Assembly: GCA_973895155.1 (NCBI GenBank)
Contig: OZ316899.1
Coordinates: 12,339,834 to 12,403,833 of the forward strand
Direction of reading: 5' to 3'
Origin: Marsupella aquatica
Lineage: Eukaryota > Plantae > Marchantiophyta
DNA: 64,000 nucleotides
Part shown: positions 35,784 through 48,700 of the stretch, one piece after another
How the letters are laid out: every line of letters begins with the position of its first letter
Position numbering within the stretch: the stretch's first letter is position 1
Made by a program: the position numbers and the translations under genes
The notes under the pieces: model-generated
Database searches by the model: none
The model's input: the letters and a program-made list of their open reading frames with translations, nothing else
What the model was told of the DNA's origin: nothing

Positions 35784-38700
35784 TGTGGTGCGTCCCATGG
35801 CACCCCAAACCCAAGAAACCTCCCGCACAAGCCGATTCCCGCAGGTTTCGTCCTCGACGAGGCCGTTTCCGCGGATTAGCGGCATGGGACGTTGCTAATC
35901 TCCTCTACTACTACGATTAACATTTTACACACATATACTGGACAGATCCTTCATCGGGTCATGAGATACTTAGCCGGCCTATTCTAGGCCCTCCCTTGTA
36001 TTCCTCTCCTGGTCTTCCATTAGGTATGTTTGGATTCCGCCGCCGGAATGATCCCCAATTTGGCTTGGTTAAGCCGCTAAGACCTCTCTCAGCTCAACAC
36101 ATCCATCTCTCACTCCCTTGCTACTTCCCTTCATTGATGTGGGCACTCTTCACACAAGTTAATGCGACACACAAATAGCAAAATGACTCCTTCTGACTGA
36201 GTTATACCATGCACTTGCCATACAAACAGTACATCTCATACACAAGCTCTGCGAACTAAGCCGTGAGGCCAACTCTATTCAGTTCTTAGGTATGAGGAAA
36301 CATGAATATACACAAGGGTCACTGTATAACTAACCGAGAGCTTCTCTTACTACTTGATCCCAGCCTTGCTGGTGCAACTAGAAACTTGCTAAAGAAGAGG
36401 CCCTGAACTCCCCGCAGCCCAGGTACTTATCTTGGTTGTGGATCTGCCTGATTCCTTGCAGCGTAAGCCTAATCTACTTATTGTAATCTACCTATGTACA
36501 GCGAGGCAGGAGCACAAGTGTCGCCCTCACTCGTGGATCCGCAATCCCACTAATCTAAGTGTCAGGGCCGTCTCCTGGTCCTGATCCTTAGTCTAAACTT
36601 GGAGATCAGTGCCCGCCCTGCCCACTCACGCCTCCTACCTCCACGTCCGCCCTCCCTAAAAGGGACGGCTCCCTTACACCGTCACGACCCCGGTGGCTGG
36701 TCCTCAATGGACGCCCCCAACGCTTCCTCCGCAACCACTGTTGTTGGTCCGTCCTCTGACAGATTACCTGCCCCGGACCGAGACAACTCTTCATCGGACT
36801 GACTGGGTCCACCCTCGGCTTCGGCCTCATCATCGGCCACGGCCTCCCCGACATGTTCTAGTGGAGGATCTGGTACCTCGGCTTCATTACTAGTTGTCCC
36901 GGCCTCGGCCTTGCCATCCCCACTTCCTAGGACTGGTGGATCCACCGTCGTGCCGATGTCGGAGGTTGGTGCCGGGTTTATCTTCTCGGTCACAACGGCT
37001 TGAGAAGCCGTATAACTCTTAGACCTAGAAGGTTTTCGCTTTTTCTTCTTCCCTATTTCGACAGCCAGTTCCTTCCCCTTGCCACTTACCTCCGGCACCG
37101 GGGTGAGTGTCTCGGCTTGTCCTTTGGCCAATACTACCCCTGGTAACTGGGTTGCCCCAATTGGAGTTGGACCTGATGAAGCCAAGCATTTAAATACTGC
37201 GGCTTGTTTCTTTAGCCGCTCCGTTTGGTTGTCGGCCCGCCGCTGTAGGTTCTCCATCTTCCTCGTGATTTCCTCAAACTCCTCCTGGGTCTCGTCCAGG
37301 TCCTTGCACGCCTCCTCCAGCTCCTTTTTGGCTTCCTCCAATTCTTTCTTTAAGGTAGCCCTCTCCTCCTGGGTTTCTCTTAGCTCCTTGTCGAGCTTTG
37401 CTATGACCACAGACTCCATCTTATTCATCTTGGCATAAGTCTGGTCGAGCTGGTCGTCCTTTTCACGTAGGTTGGCCTTGAAGCTGGCCGTCAGGGACGC
37501 AAGCTCCTACTGCAGCGCAATAATCCCTTGATAGGATTTCCCTAACTCTGCTTCCTTCTGCTCAAGGGCTTCGCGGATATCTTCGAGCTCTCCTTTCAAC
37601 GCCCTCTCCCTTCTCTGAGTCTCCGCCATGGCCCGGTTGTTGGCAGTTAAGTGGGCCTCCTCTGTGTCCCTTAGCTCCCGCTTCCATTTCTCTCTTTCCT
37701 TGACTACGCCGGCCAACTCTCCTTGGGTCCGAGTCAGTTTATCTTTGATAATCTGATTGTCAGACTGAGTGGTATCCAACTGCCCCTGCATGATGTTTAG
37801 CTCATGCCGCTTAATCCGCAGCTCATCTTGGGCTTTCTTGGCCGCCTGCAGGACTTCCACCTTGGCTTCCTTCTCCCTAAGCCGTCGGATGTTGCCGTTG
37901 TTGGTACCGTTGCCGTTGCTGGTACCGTTCTCTCCTTCTCCATCATTTTCAGCAGATTCTGCATGCCTGATTGCTGCATCGGCAAGTCTTCTTTCCTTGG
38001 CCAAAACACCTGCTCGATTGTAGGACTGACAGGCTGGTTGGGCTCTTCTGTTGCCGGCCTCTGCTCCGGAACCTCCTCCGATGCCCTTGCCGATAGGGGA
38101 AGTACTGGGGCAAAGATTTGACTTCTGGCATACGGGCACAACAGCGGCATGTGATAGCCAAGCCGGGACACGTTTCCCACGCCGATCACCTGTTGTTCCT
38201 CCTTCAAGATTTTCTTCAGTTGGTTGAGGAGGTACCCGTTGTAATCCCAGCTTGGGTCTGGCCTTTCTGCCAGGTAGACCTGAGCCTTGCCGATCTCTGT
38301 CCTCGGCAAGTTACAATGCATGGTCACCCACAAGAAATCGATCATCTCTCCGATGTGTGGGTTGGTGCAGGTGTTCCGAAAGAAGCCATTCTTCGTTGAT
38401 GGTCCTGGGAACGACCGGAACTCCTTGTCAGGTAAGGTCTTCCTGGTATCAACCTTGGTCTTATTACCCATCGGCAAGCCAAACACCTCGGCAATCACCC
38501 GGGGAGTGAGATAGAAATCCTTCCCATACACCCTCGTGGAATTGGTCTCGGGTTCCCATGATCCCACGAATTCTAATAAGTCTGAGTCTGGCAGCTTCGG
38601 CTTCAGCCATGGTAATCTTACAAAGGCTTCCAAGCCGGATCCGGCCATGAAGCCCTGGTACTTCTTGGTCTGCATGGCCGTAAAGCATGCATCCTCCTCC

Positions 38701-39628
38701 CTTGCAAAATGTAATTGCACTTCCTCTGGTAGGGTCACCGCCCAGCCTTTCCAGGTGTCATCATTTGTTGGAATAATATTGATGGGATCGACCTCCTCCT
38801 CTTTGGCTTCTCCTTGCCTCCTGTTCTGTTGCTCTGCTGGTTTCCTTGGTGTCGCCGACCTCGTTCTTTTTGTCGGGGTGGCCTCTTTGTTGTTGTTTCC
38901 TTTCCTCTTCATCTCGGCTGCCGTGGATGTTTCTCCTAGCATAGTTACCTTTGTCCACCCTTCCGTGCTACCCTTCAACTCCCAGTGCGCGTCGTTGCAG
39001 CGGTTGATGGCTTCCCAAATGCCGACGATTCTGTCTTCGCAAAACAGAAGGTCATCGAGCTGATTGGCAGTAGGAGTCCACAAGAACTCGGCCTTGATGA
39101 GTTCTCCTCCTAAGAAGGCAGACTTTTGCAGCTCCCACAATCAAGCGAGCTCCTGCCGTTCTCGAGCTGCTCTCTTCGATTCTTTGTCCTTGTAAGTCCC
39201 AATGTACTCAGTTGCCCATTCGAACAGGCATCCCCAAAAATGTGCCGCTTGATTGACGTTGCTCATACCCTCCTTGACTCGATCGTTGGTATCTGTTCCC
39301 ACCCAGAGTGCTTGCCTAAGCAGCTGATAGTATTTGGCCTCCCGTAGTCGTCTGCTCAGTTCGTGCTTGCAAATGAGCCACTATTCCTCGCGAGCGGTCC
39401 TTACCCCTCTCCTCCTCTGGTCTTCCCTCCCGTTGGTCACCCCTAGCCGCCGACGCTTAGCGCGTCCTAACCCTAATCGTGTTCTCTCCCCCGGCGTCCT
39501 TACTTCCGGCCTCGGCCCAAGTTCCATAGTCACCCTTAATTGTTTATATTTTCCTTGTCTTGTTACTATACTAAGGTGTTTCCAGGGTACACTCCTGCTT
39601 TTACCATGATTCCTGGCTAGGCATCACA
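35784..39628 (-). repeat. 3' LTR, 3845 bp (~840-bp deletion at ~37891, 15-bp deletion at ~39608)
   Basis: Colinear with 45734-50434; TG..CA ends; PPT adjacent. Confidence 0.95.
36682..39527 (-). pseudogene. Family-A LTR ORF in the 3' LTR, deleted and disrupted
   Basis: ORFs 37797-39140, 37507-38139 (part) and 36682-37428. Confidence 0.9.
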
Positions 39629-42600
39629 TAGCTCCCCACTTAATTGTGAAGCGTCCTCGCGAACAACTTCATCTTCGTCCATATAGTATTTCTTGAGGCG
39701 GTCGTAATGGATGCAAACTGGGTAATACAAGATCTCCTGTGTGAATACTAACTAGTTTCAACCTTTTATCATACCGCTGCTTCATGGTATTCTGTCTATA
39801 TTCTACTGTCTCGGCTGAAATCATTCTTGCCTCCTCTAAAGATTCTAACCTATATTCTCACTCCTTTAGGCTTTCTTCCTGTGAGGTTCTCCCCTCAATT
39901 GTAACTTGAAATGTAGGGATCTCAAGTTGCATGGGTACCAGGGCTTCCTGTCCAAAGGTTAAGAAAAAAGGTGTATGACCGGTAGTGGATTTATAGGCTA
40001 AATTGTAAGCAAAAATAGCAGCAAACAATTTATCATCCCAATCGATTTTGTTCTGGGCTACAGTTTTGTTTAATATTTTTCCTATAATTCCATTGGCTCG
40101 TTCTGTCAACCCGTTTGCCTTTGGGTGGTAGGGAGTAGTAGGCCTATGTCTAACTAAATACTGCTCATTTAAACGACTAATTATATCATTCAGAAAATGG
40201 GTTCCTCTATCACTAACTAATTCTATGGGTGCGCCATACCTGGTGAAGATCTGCTCATACATAAATCGAGCCGTAGTAATTGCATCATCCTTTGTTGCCG
40301 GCCTGGCCTCTACCCACTTAGTTGCATAATCCGTGGCCAAGATTATGTACTTGTTTCTTTGAGGATGGGTCAATGGTTTCAGGGGTCCGATGTAATCAAT
40401 ACCCCACTTCTCAAATGGTGCCAGAGGTAGAATAGGGTGCAGTGGATGTCTTGTGGACGCCCTTGATCCTCCTGCTCGTTGACAAGGATCGCATTGTTTG
40501 ATAAATTTATAGACATCTTTGTGCAAGGTGGGCCACCAGTAACCGGCATTTAATATTTTTTTAGAAGTGGTTACTGGAGCGAAATGTCCCCCGGCCTCCT
40601 CTCCATGCATAGCTCGTAAGACTTGTTTTACCTCTCCCTCCTCCAAACACCTTTGAATCGTGCCACTGATTCCATGCCTGTGTAGCATGCCCTTGATGCA
40701 CTGATACTGTCTGAACTTCCGCAAAAAGACTGCGGCTTGCTCTCGGCTTAGCCCGGGGTATAATCTGGAAGTGCTGAGAAATTGTAAAATCTCAGGGTAC
40801 CATGTATCAGCTATTTCCACAACAAATAGCTCCTCGTTGGGAAATCGATCGTCGATGCAATCCATGGCAGGTTCACCTGTGATCCTTGAAAAGAAGTCGG
40901 CATTGGCGTGTAGCTTTCCCGACTTGATTTTTGGCTTGTAGTCAAACTCCTGTAATAGCAAAATCCATCTTGCTACCTTGCTTGTAAGGTCCGACTTATT
41001 TACTAGGTACTTTAAACTTTCATGATCAGTATGAAAGATTACCTTGTACCCTAGCAGATAATGCCTAAACTTTTTACATGAATAAATGACTCCTAATGCT
41101 TCTCTTTTTGTGGTGGAGTAGTTTTGTTCGGCATCGGCAAGCTGGCGGCTTGCAAAGTATATAGGATGGTCCCTTCCTTTCTCATCTAACTGACTTAGTA
41201 CTGAGCCGATACAGAAGCCTGAGACATCTCCAAAGACATGAAAATCCTTGTTCCAGTCTGGTGCTATCATGACTGGGGCCTCTACTAACATCTGCTTTAA
41301 TTCCACCACCGCTGTCACTCGCTCTGGTGTGGGTTCGAAGTCTGCACCTGCTTTGAGCATGTTGGTTAATGGTAAAGCTAGCTTGGCAAAATCCTTGATG
41401 AACCGGCGATAATAACCAATGCAACCCAAGAAGGATCTCACATCCTTTATGTTCTTAGGTTGCATGATATCTAGCCACACTGCTAGCTTACCCTTATCAA
41501 TCTCAATGCCCTTTTTTGATACCTTGTGACCTAGTAGCACACCTTCTGTTACGCCAAAAAAACATTTATCTGGGTGTAACTTGAGGCCTACCTCTCTGCA
41601 TCTCATGAAGGTTTTCCTAAGGTATTTAGCATGTTTTGATGCCTTCCCAAATACTGCAAAGTCATCAATGAAGATTTCCATGAATTTTCTCAAGTAGTCA
41701 TGAAAAATGTTCACCATTAATCGTTGGAACATAGCTGGTGCGTTACAAAGTCCAAACGGCATACGATTGAAGACATAGATCCCCCATTCCGTGATGAAGG
41801 GTGTCTTGATTTGGTCCTCCTGCCTAATCCTGATTTGGTTATAACCAGAGTATCCATCCATGAATGAGTATAGTTCATAACTGGCTACCATGTCTAGTAC
41901 CATATCAGTAAACGGTAAAGGAAAATGGTCTTTTAACGTAGCCTCATTCAACTTCCTGTACTCCTGACAAACCCGGATCTTTGGTTTACCATCGGGTCCA
42001 GCTTTCTTGGGAACTATCACAATTGGAGACACCCAGTCTAAATGCAGGACTGGAGTGATGAATCCGCCTTCCACTAGTTTATCGATTTCAGCCTTGACCA
42101 TCAAAGAATACTTAGGGTTCATCCTTCGAATCGGTTGTCGAAATGATTTGGCCCCTAACATGAGATCGATTCGGTGTTCTCCTAGTTTTGGGTCTACTCC
42201 CTTCAAATCTTGGTGACTCCATGCGAACACATCCTGAAATTCAATTAGTAATTCACTGATCTCTTTCTCAAGCTCAGGTGCTAGATCCCGCCCCAAGTTC
42301 AGTTCCCTTCCTTCTCCTAAGTCTAGCTTCCGGTATTGCCGTGCTTGGATCATATTAATCTGCTTCTTCAAATTCGGGTCCAACTCGACTTCCAGCCTCT
42401 CCAGTCTCATACCTCCATAGACTGGAATCTCGGCAGTACTAGCCGAGTTGGTTGACTTAATTTCTCCCTGGTTCTCAACAGACTGTTCCCTTGCCGTTCT
42501 GCTTGGTTTTGAATTGGTTGTTAGCTCCCCGTCCTGACTCGGCTCTGGTTTCTTCCCGTGCATCTGATCTATTCCTGCTTCCTGAGGGTCAGGCCATCGT

Positions 42601-42767
42601 GCTCTTCCGGCTTCTAGTAGGGCCTCAATTTGTTCTGCCCTTGTGATCGGCTTGTAAGCCGATCCCTTGGTATTTAATTTGTTGCCGATGATAGACGGCG
42701 TTGTGGATCCTGTCGGCTCTGCCACAACGCTCGAGAAAAATCCACTATCTCTGATGTAGCTCCCCAC
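39617..42767 (-). pseudogene. pol: Gypsy pol (RT, RNase H, integrase) with a premature stop at 39858 and a deletion in the integrase C-terminus
   Basis: MPFGLCNAP, FIDD, YFASRQL..NYSTT, H..GGHF..CDPCQ, WGIDYIGP, SDRGTHF, ANGLTER. Confidence 0.95.
39631..39641 (-). other. Gypsy polypurine tract
   Basis: AAGTGGGGAGC lies 2 nt before the 3' LTR; identical at 62410-62420. Confidence 0.8.
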
Positions 42768-45697
42768 CTAGCCGTTTCATCTAGCCGATCCGCCTCTTGT
42801 GTCTCCTCCGGAATTGAAGCTAAAAATGTTGACTCTATGGCAAAGCAATCCTCGGTCTCTTCTTCACCTTCCTCCAGGTTACTCTCCATAGGTTCGTGCC
42901 ATAGTCCGTTGGGGGGCACTTCTGGTCCAAATACATTTTCTTCGGTTAGGTCAGTGAGGCATTCTAGCCAACGTACTTCATCGGCTGACTCCAGTCCACT
43001 GTCGTACCCATCTACTTCCCTGATGCTTTTTCTGCGGTCATCCTTGGTGTCCCAGGATACCGTGATAGATGGGGTCCCAAAGGTGAACTCCTTCTTACCC
43101 CAATCTTGTATTACTTTGGCTAGGTACAGCCATGGCCTGCCAATTAATAGCCGGAACGACGTAGGGTTTACCGGCTTCATTACTACATAGTTAATGCTAA
43201 AGAAGATTCCTCCTATCTCAGTCTTGATGTCGGTTAACATTCCCGTGGGAATGACCTGATACCCATTGGCCATGTTTAACACTCTTCCAGTCATCTCCGG
43301 CGTTAGACCCCATCCTTTTGCTGTTGAATCAATCATAATACATACCCCGGATCCTCCATCAATGGGTACTCGCAATAATATTTCTCCTTGAATCATTAAT
43401 GGTAATGCTGGGGCTCCTTCATCTTCTTCTATCATCAGCACATCGGATTTGGTTGCTACCTTGGGTAATCTCGACTTGCCGAGAATTGCCTTCCTTAACT
43501 GCTTCCAAAAGTACGGGCTATTTTTCAATAGTTGACCTACGGTTGCCGAGACTCTAGTTCTAGCACATCTTTAGCCAGGTCATAGGGAACTATCGGCTTC
43601 TCCTCTGGCGGTGTCTTCATCTTGGCTTCGGCCTATTTTTCCACACTGGTCTCCACAGCCATTGGATCCTCCGAAGCAAACAACGCTTTTGCTCATTTCA
43701 CATCCTTGGCTATAGCTTCGGTATTCTCCAGGGTTTCTAATTCTCGCAATTGTTCCTTAACACTAGCCATAATAGAGGGGTAGAACAACTTAGGGTGATC
43801 TCGATTGAAGTTGCTGTCCTGTGAAGGATTGGGCTCACTGGTGGGCTCATGGCTTACCTGTGTTGCCGGCGCCTTTCCTTCCCCTTCTGTTGATGTTGAC
43901 GAAGAGTCGATTCTTTCTTCCTTATCCTTCCCTTTATTTTTGGCCAGCCCATCCCACCTTTCCTTCCTTCTGGTAGATCGAGTAGAGACCCGGTAGCAAT
44001 CATGATCCAAATCCTCCTCTGAGAAGGTTGATAGGGCCTCGGCCTCATCATCGGATGGTCCAAACTCTGCTTTGGCATCCGTTTGCCATCCAAGTTCGAT
44101 GTGGTTGATTTGAACTCCTCCGGGGGTAGTACCTGGTGGTAAAACCTTGACTGGCAAGAGCTTATGATTTGCGGCCAGGCCTGCCAACCAAGTAGGACAT
44201 TGTCCTAGCATGTGACCCTCCTGTCGGCATCCCATACATAGCTGAGCTGGTTGTCCATCACCTTGTTTGCGTGCATTCGGGCATTCTCTAGCAAAATGAC
44301 CAGGTTGACCACAATTATAGCATGCCGCAAATCTTTGCACATTCGGCCTAGGAGGTACTGACGGATTCTGAATAATCCGAGGATACATCTCTCCCGGATT
44401 GTTCCTTAATCCTAACCAGAGAGATGCAGGTCTGTTGGATAAGTCTCGTGCTCCAGTCTCACTGATGCCGAAAACACTATCAGCGGCATCCCCTAAAAAG
44501 TACTCTACTTCTCCCTGACATGGTCTAGCCTTAGCCACATGCCGAACATGACTAGTATTAAGTTTAGGACATGCATCTTTATGGTGTCCAGTTTTATAAC
44601 ATAAGGCACACCATACAGAGCTATCCTCCTGTACTACCTTCTTCTTCGGTTTTACCTCTACTATTATAGCCTTAAGCTGCTCGGTAAGGGCTACGATGTT
44701 ATCTGGTGTTTTAGCCTCTAGTTTGACTTTCATCTTTCCCCTCCTTCTGCCCTTCCTTGTCCTAGTTTTCTTCTTCAGAACTAGAAGATGACTCACTCTT
44801 GCTACTCCCACTATCCGAGCTTGAGTTATCACTTCTTGACTTCTTAGAATGTTTATTTTTCTTCTCTTTTTTCTTATGGGGTGATCCTTCCTCCGATGAG
44901 GAACTCTCAGACTTAAGCTATTTCTTTCGGCTTGTGATATCTGCATTAATGTATAATTGAATATCCTTAATTGCCTCGGCTAAAGTCTTTGGGTTCTCCT
45001 TCCTAATTGCAAAACTCATCTTCTGTGGCAAAGCATTCACTAACCATTGAAGTTGCATACCTTCAGATGCATTGGTCTATGTACGTCTTACCAGCTTTTG
45101 GAAGCGTTGCAAGAACTTCTTGAAGGATTTGTTCTCCTTGAAACGAAGTCGTCCCAACTTCAGCACTGCTAACTCTGAGGTTCCAATGGGTCCAAACTCC
45201 TTGACAAATAGAGATCTGAAAGTATACCAGATGGCTTGATCTTCTACGTCCAATGCTCTGTACCAAGGCCTAGCCTCACCTTTGAACAGGCCGGGAAGAA
45301 TTTGCATCTTGATGGCTGATTCTCCATTTGCTGCAGCGGTTCCTTTGAAGTCATCCAACCATTCATCCGGATCCTCATCTCCTCTTCCATGAAAGGCCTT
45401 GTAATGAATACGCGACCGTTGGCTCAGTCTGGTCCCTAGCCTCTCGTCTGGTCGTGCCTCTGGTTCCCCCATGTCGGTTGGAGACTCACTTCTCCTTACC
45501 GACCCTTCTTTTGGTATGTCTTCTTCGATGCCACTTTCAGTTACGGAGCTACTAGCTCTTTTTGCCCCTCTCAGTCGCTGTGTATGATGCCACTTGGCGA
45601 GCTGCTGCAGACGAGCTCTCTCCCATTGAATCGCTCTTTCCTCTCTCAGCGTAGTTTCAGTCATTACCCACGCTTCCTTCCTAACTTCATATCTCAC
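42674..45697 (-). pseudogene. gag: Gypsy gag (capsid-like region, three CCHC knuckles) and aspartic protease, frameshifted
   Basis: FHGRGDEDPDEWL..GEARPWY; CALCYKTGHHKDAC, CYNCGQPGHFAREC, CMGCRQEGHMLGQC; protease PIDGGS..LLIGRPWL. Confidence 0.9.
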
Positions 45698-45710
45698 GGC
45701 TTAAGAGCTG

Positions 45711-45729
45711 CCCCCTCCATCTAGCGCCA
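45711..45729 (-). other. Primer binding site, probably tRNA-Asn
   Basis: TGGCGCTAGATGGAGGGG begins 4 nt after the 5' LTR; near-complement of the plant tRNA-Asn 3' end as I recall it. Confidence 0.7.
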
Positions 45730-45733
45730 AAAA

Positions 45734-48700
45734 TATGGTGCGTCCCATGGCGCCCCAAACCCAAGAAACCCCCCCGCACAAGCCGATTCCCACAGGTTTT
45801 GTCCTCGACGAGGCCGTTTCCGCGGCTTAGCGGCATGGGACGCTGCTAATCTCCTCTACTACTACGATTAACATTTTACACACATATACTGGACAGATCC
45901 TTCATCGGGTCATGAGATACTTAGCCGGCCTATTCTAGGCCCTCCCTTGTATTCCTCTCCTGGTCTTCCATTAGGTATGTTTGGATTCCGCCGTCGGAAT
46001 GATCCCCAATTTGGCTTGGTTAAGCCGCTAAGACCTCTCTCAGCTTGACAGATCCATCTCTCACTCCCTTGCTACTTCCCTTCATTGATGTGGGCACTCT
46101 TCACACAAGTTAATGCGACACACAAATAGCAAAATGACTCCTTCTAACTGAGTTATACCATGCACTTGCCATACAAACAGTACATCTCATACACAAGCTC
46201 TGCAAACTAAGCCGTGAGGCCAACTCTATTCAGTTCTTAGGTATGAGGAAACATGAATATACACAAGGGTCACTGTATAACTAACCGAGAGCTTCTCTTA
46301 CTACTTGATCCCAGCCTTGCTGGTGCAACTAGAAACTTGCTAAAGAAGAGGCCCTGAACTCCCCGCAGCCCAGGTACTTATCCTGGTTGTGGATCTGCCT
46401 GATTCCTTGCAGCGTAAGCCTAATCTACTTATTGTAATCTACCTATGTACAGCGAGGCAGGAGCACAAGTGCCGCCCTCACTCGTGGATCCGCAATCCCA
46501 CTAATCTAAGTGTCAGGGCCGTCTCCTGGTCTTGATCCTTAGTCTAAACTTGGAGATCAGCGCCCGCCCTGCCCACTCACGCCTCCTACCTCCACGTCCG
46601 CCCTCCCTAAAAGGGACGGCTCCCTTACACCGTCACGACCCTGGTGGCTGGTCCTCAATGGACGCCCCCACCGCTTCCTCCGCAACCACTGTTGTTGGTC
46701 CGTCCTCTGACAGATTACCTGCCCCGGACCGAGACAACTCTTCATCGGACTGACTGGGTCCACCCTCGGCTTCAGCCTCAGCATCGGCCACGGCCTCTCC
46801 GACATGTTCTAGTGGAGGATCTGGTACCTCAGCTTCATTACTGGTTGTCCCGGCCTCGGCCTTGCCATCCCCACTTCCTAGGACTGGTGGATCCACCGCC
46901 GTGCCGATGCCGGAGGTTGGTGCCGGGTTTATCTTCTCGGTCACAACGGCTTGAGAAGCCGTATAACTCTTAGACCTAGAAGGTTTTCGCTTTTTCTTCT
47001 TCCCTATTTCGACAGCCAGTTCCTTCCCCTTGCCACTTACCTCCGGCACCGGGGTGAGTGTCTCGGCTTGTCCTTTGGCCAATACTACCCCTGGTAACTG
47101 GGTTGCCCCAATTGGAGTTGGACCTGATGAAGCCAAGCATTTAAATATTGCGGCTTGTTTCTTTAGCCGCTCCGTTTGGTTGTCGGCCCCCCCCTGTAGG
47201 CTCTCCATCTTCCTCGTGATTTCCTCCAACTCGTCCTGGGTCTCATCCAGGTCCTTGCACGCCTCCTCCAGCTCCTTTTTGGCTTCCTCCAATTCTTTCT
47301 TTAAGGTAGCCCTCTCCTCCTGGGTTGCTCTTAGCTCCTTGTCAAGCTCTGCTACGACCACAGACTCCATCTTATTCATCTTGGCATAAGTCTGGTCGAG
47401 CTGGTCGTCCTTTTCACGCAGGTCGGCCTTGAAGCTGGCCGTCAGGGACGCAAGCTCCTCCTGCAGCGCAATAATCCCTTGATAGGATTTCCCTAACTCT
47501 GCTTCCTTCTGCTCAAGGGCTCCGCGGATATCTTCGAGCTCTCCTTTCAACGCCCTCTCCCTTCTCTGAGTCTCCGCCATGGCCTGGTTGTTGGCGGTTA
47601 AGTGGGCCTCCTCTGCGTCCCTTAGCTCCCGCTTCCATTTCTCTCTTTCCTTGACTGCGCCGGCCAACTCTCCTTGGGTCCGAGTCAGTTTATCTTTGAT
47701 AATCTGATTGTCAGACTGAGCGGTATCCAACTGCCCCTGCATGATGTTTAGCTCATGCCGCTTAATCCGCAGCTCATCTTGGGCTTTCTTGGCTGCCTGC
47801 AGGACTTCCACCTCGGCTTCCTTCTCCCTAAGCCGCCGGATGACCTCGTCCTTCTTGCTTCTCTCCAAAGCCACCGCTTCTTCTAATCAGTGCTTCCCCA
47901 ACCTCTCCCTCTGGAAGAAAGGTCCCTGCTCCAACTCCTCCCCAAAGATGCTGAGCGCCAAGTCCCCACACATCTCCCTGTACTCCATGGCTCTATCCTT
48001 AGCATAGGTGGAGTAAGTAGAAGTCATCAACAACAACCACCTCGGCCTCTGTTCCCAAGCCGCCTTGCAGATTTCTTCTACGGTGGCAAGAGGGTTGCTT
48101 CTTTTTTTGGCAAGCGGCCTGATGTCCTCCGGCCAATCTCCTCCTAGTAAATCTTTCTCCCTAGCCAGGGCTGCCCTCTCTTCCTCCCTGAGTCGCTCCT
48201 GAAAGTCTTGTGCCGTCTGCTTTATGCCGTCAAAGCTCGGGGGAGCAACCTCTGGTGGGGGAGACTCAAGGCTACTCTGCTGGGTGGGGTCCCCTCGAAC
48301 TACTCTTGGAAGCGTGGGGATAAATTGGCCACAGGTCCTTACTCTTGGAACATGATGATCCGACCCATAGCCGGAGTTATCATTGTTGTAGTCCTCCACC
48401 GCCTCCTCCACTGCTTGGACTCCCTGCTTCCCCCTCTGTTCCCCTGGTCCTGCCGTGAAAATGGCCTCACAGATCATGGGCCCTTGTTCCTCCTCTTGGT
48501 TCCAGGCTGTCCTATCCCTCTGCTCTCCGCGGGAAGGAGCCTTAGGGTGTTCTGCCTCCGATTTGGGGCTTGAGGCTCCCACATACATTTGCACTCCCGG
48601 CTTGTGTTCCGGCCTCCTTCTCTCCTTGGCTCCGGTAAAGGGGTTTTCCCTCCTGAGTTGGCTTAGGCCGGCCTTTGGGGCAGTGTCTTGTACCGGTGCC

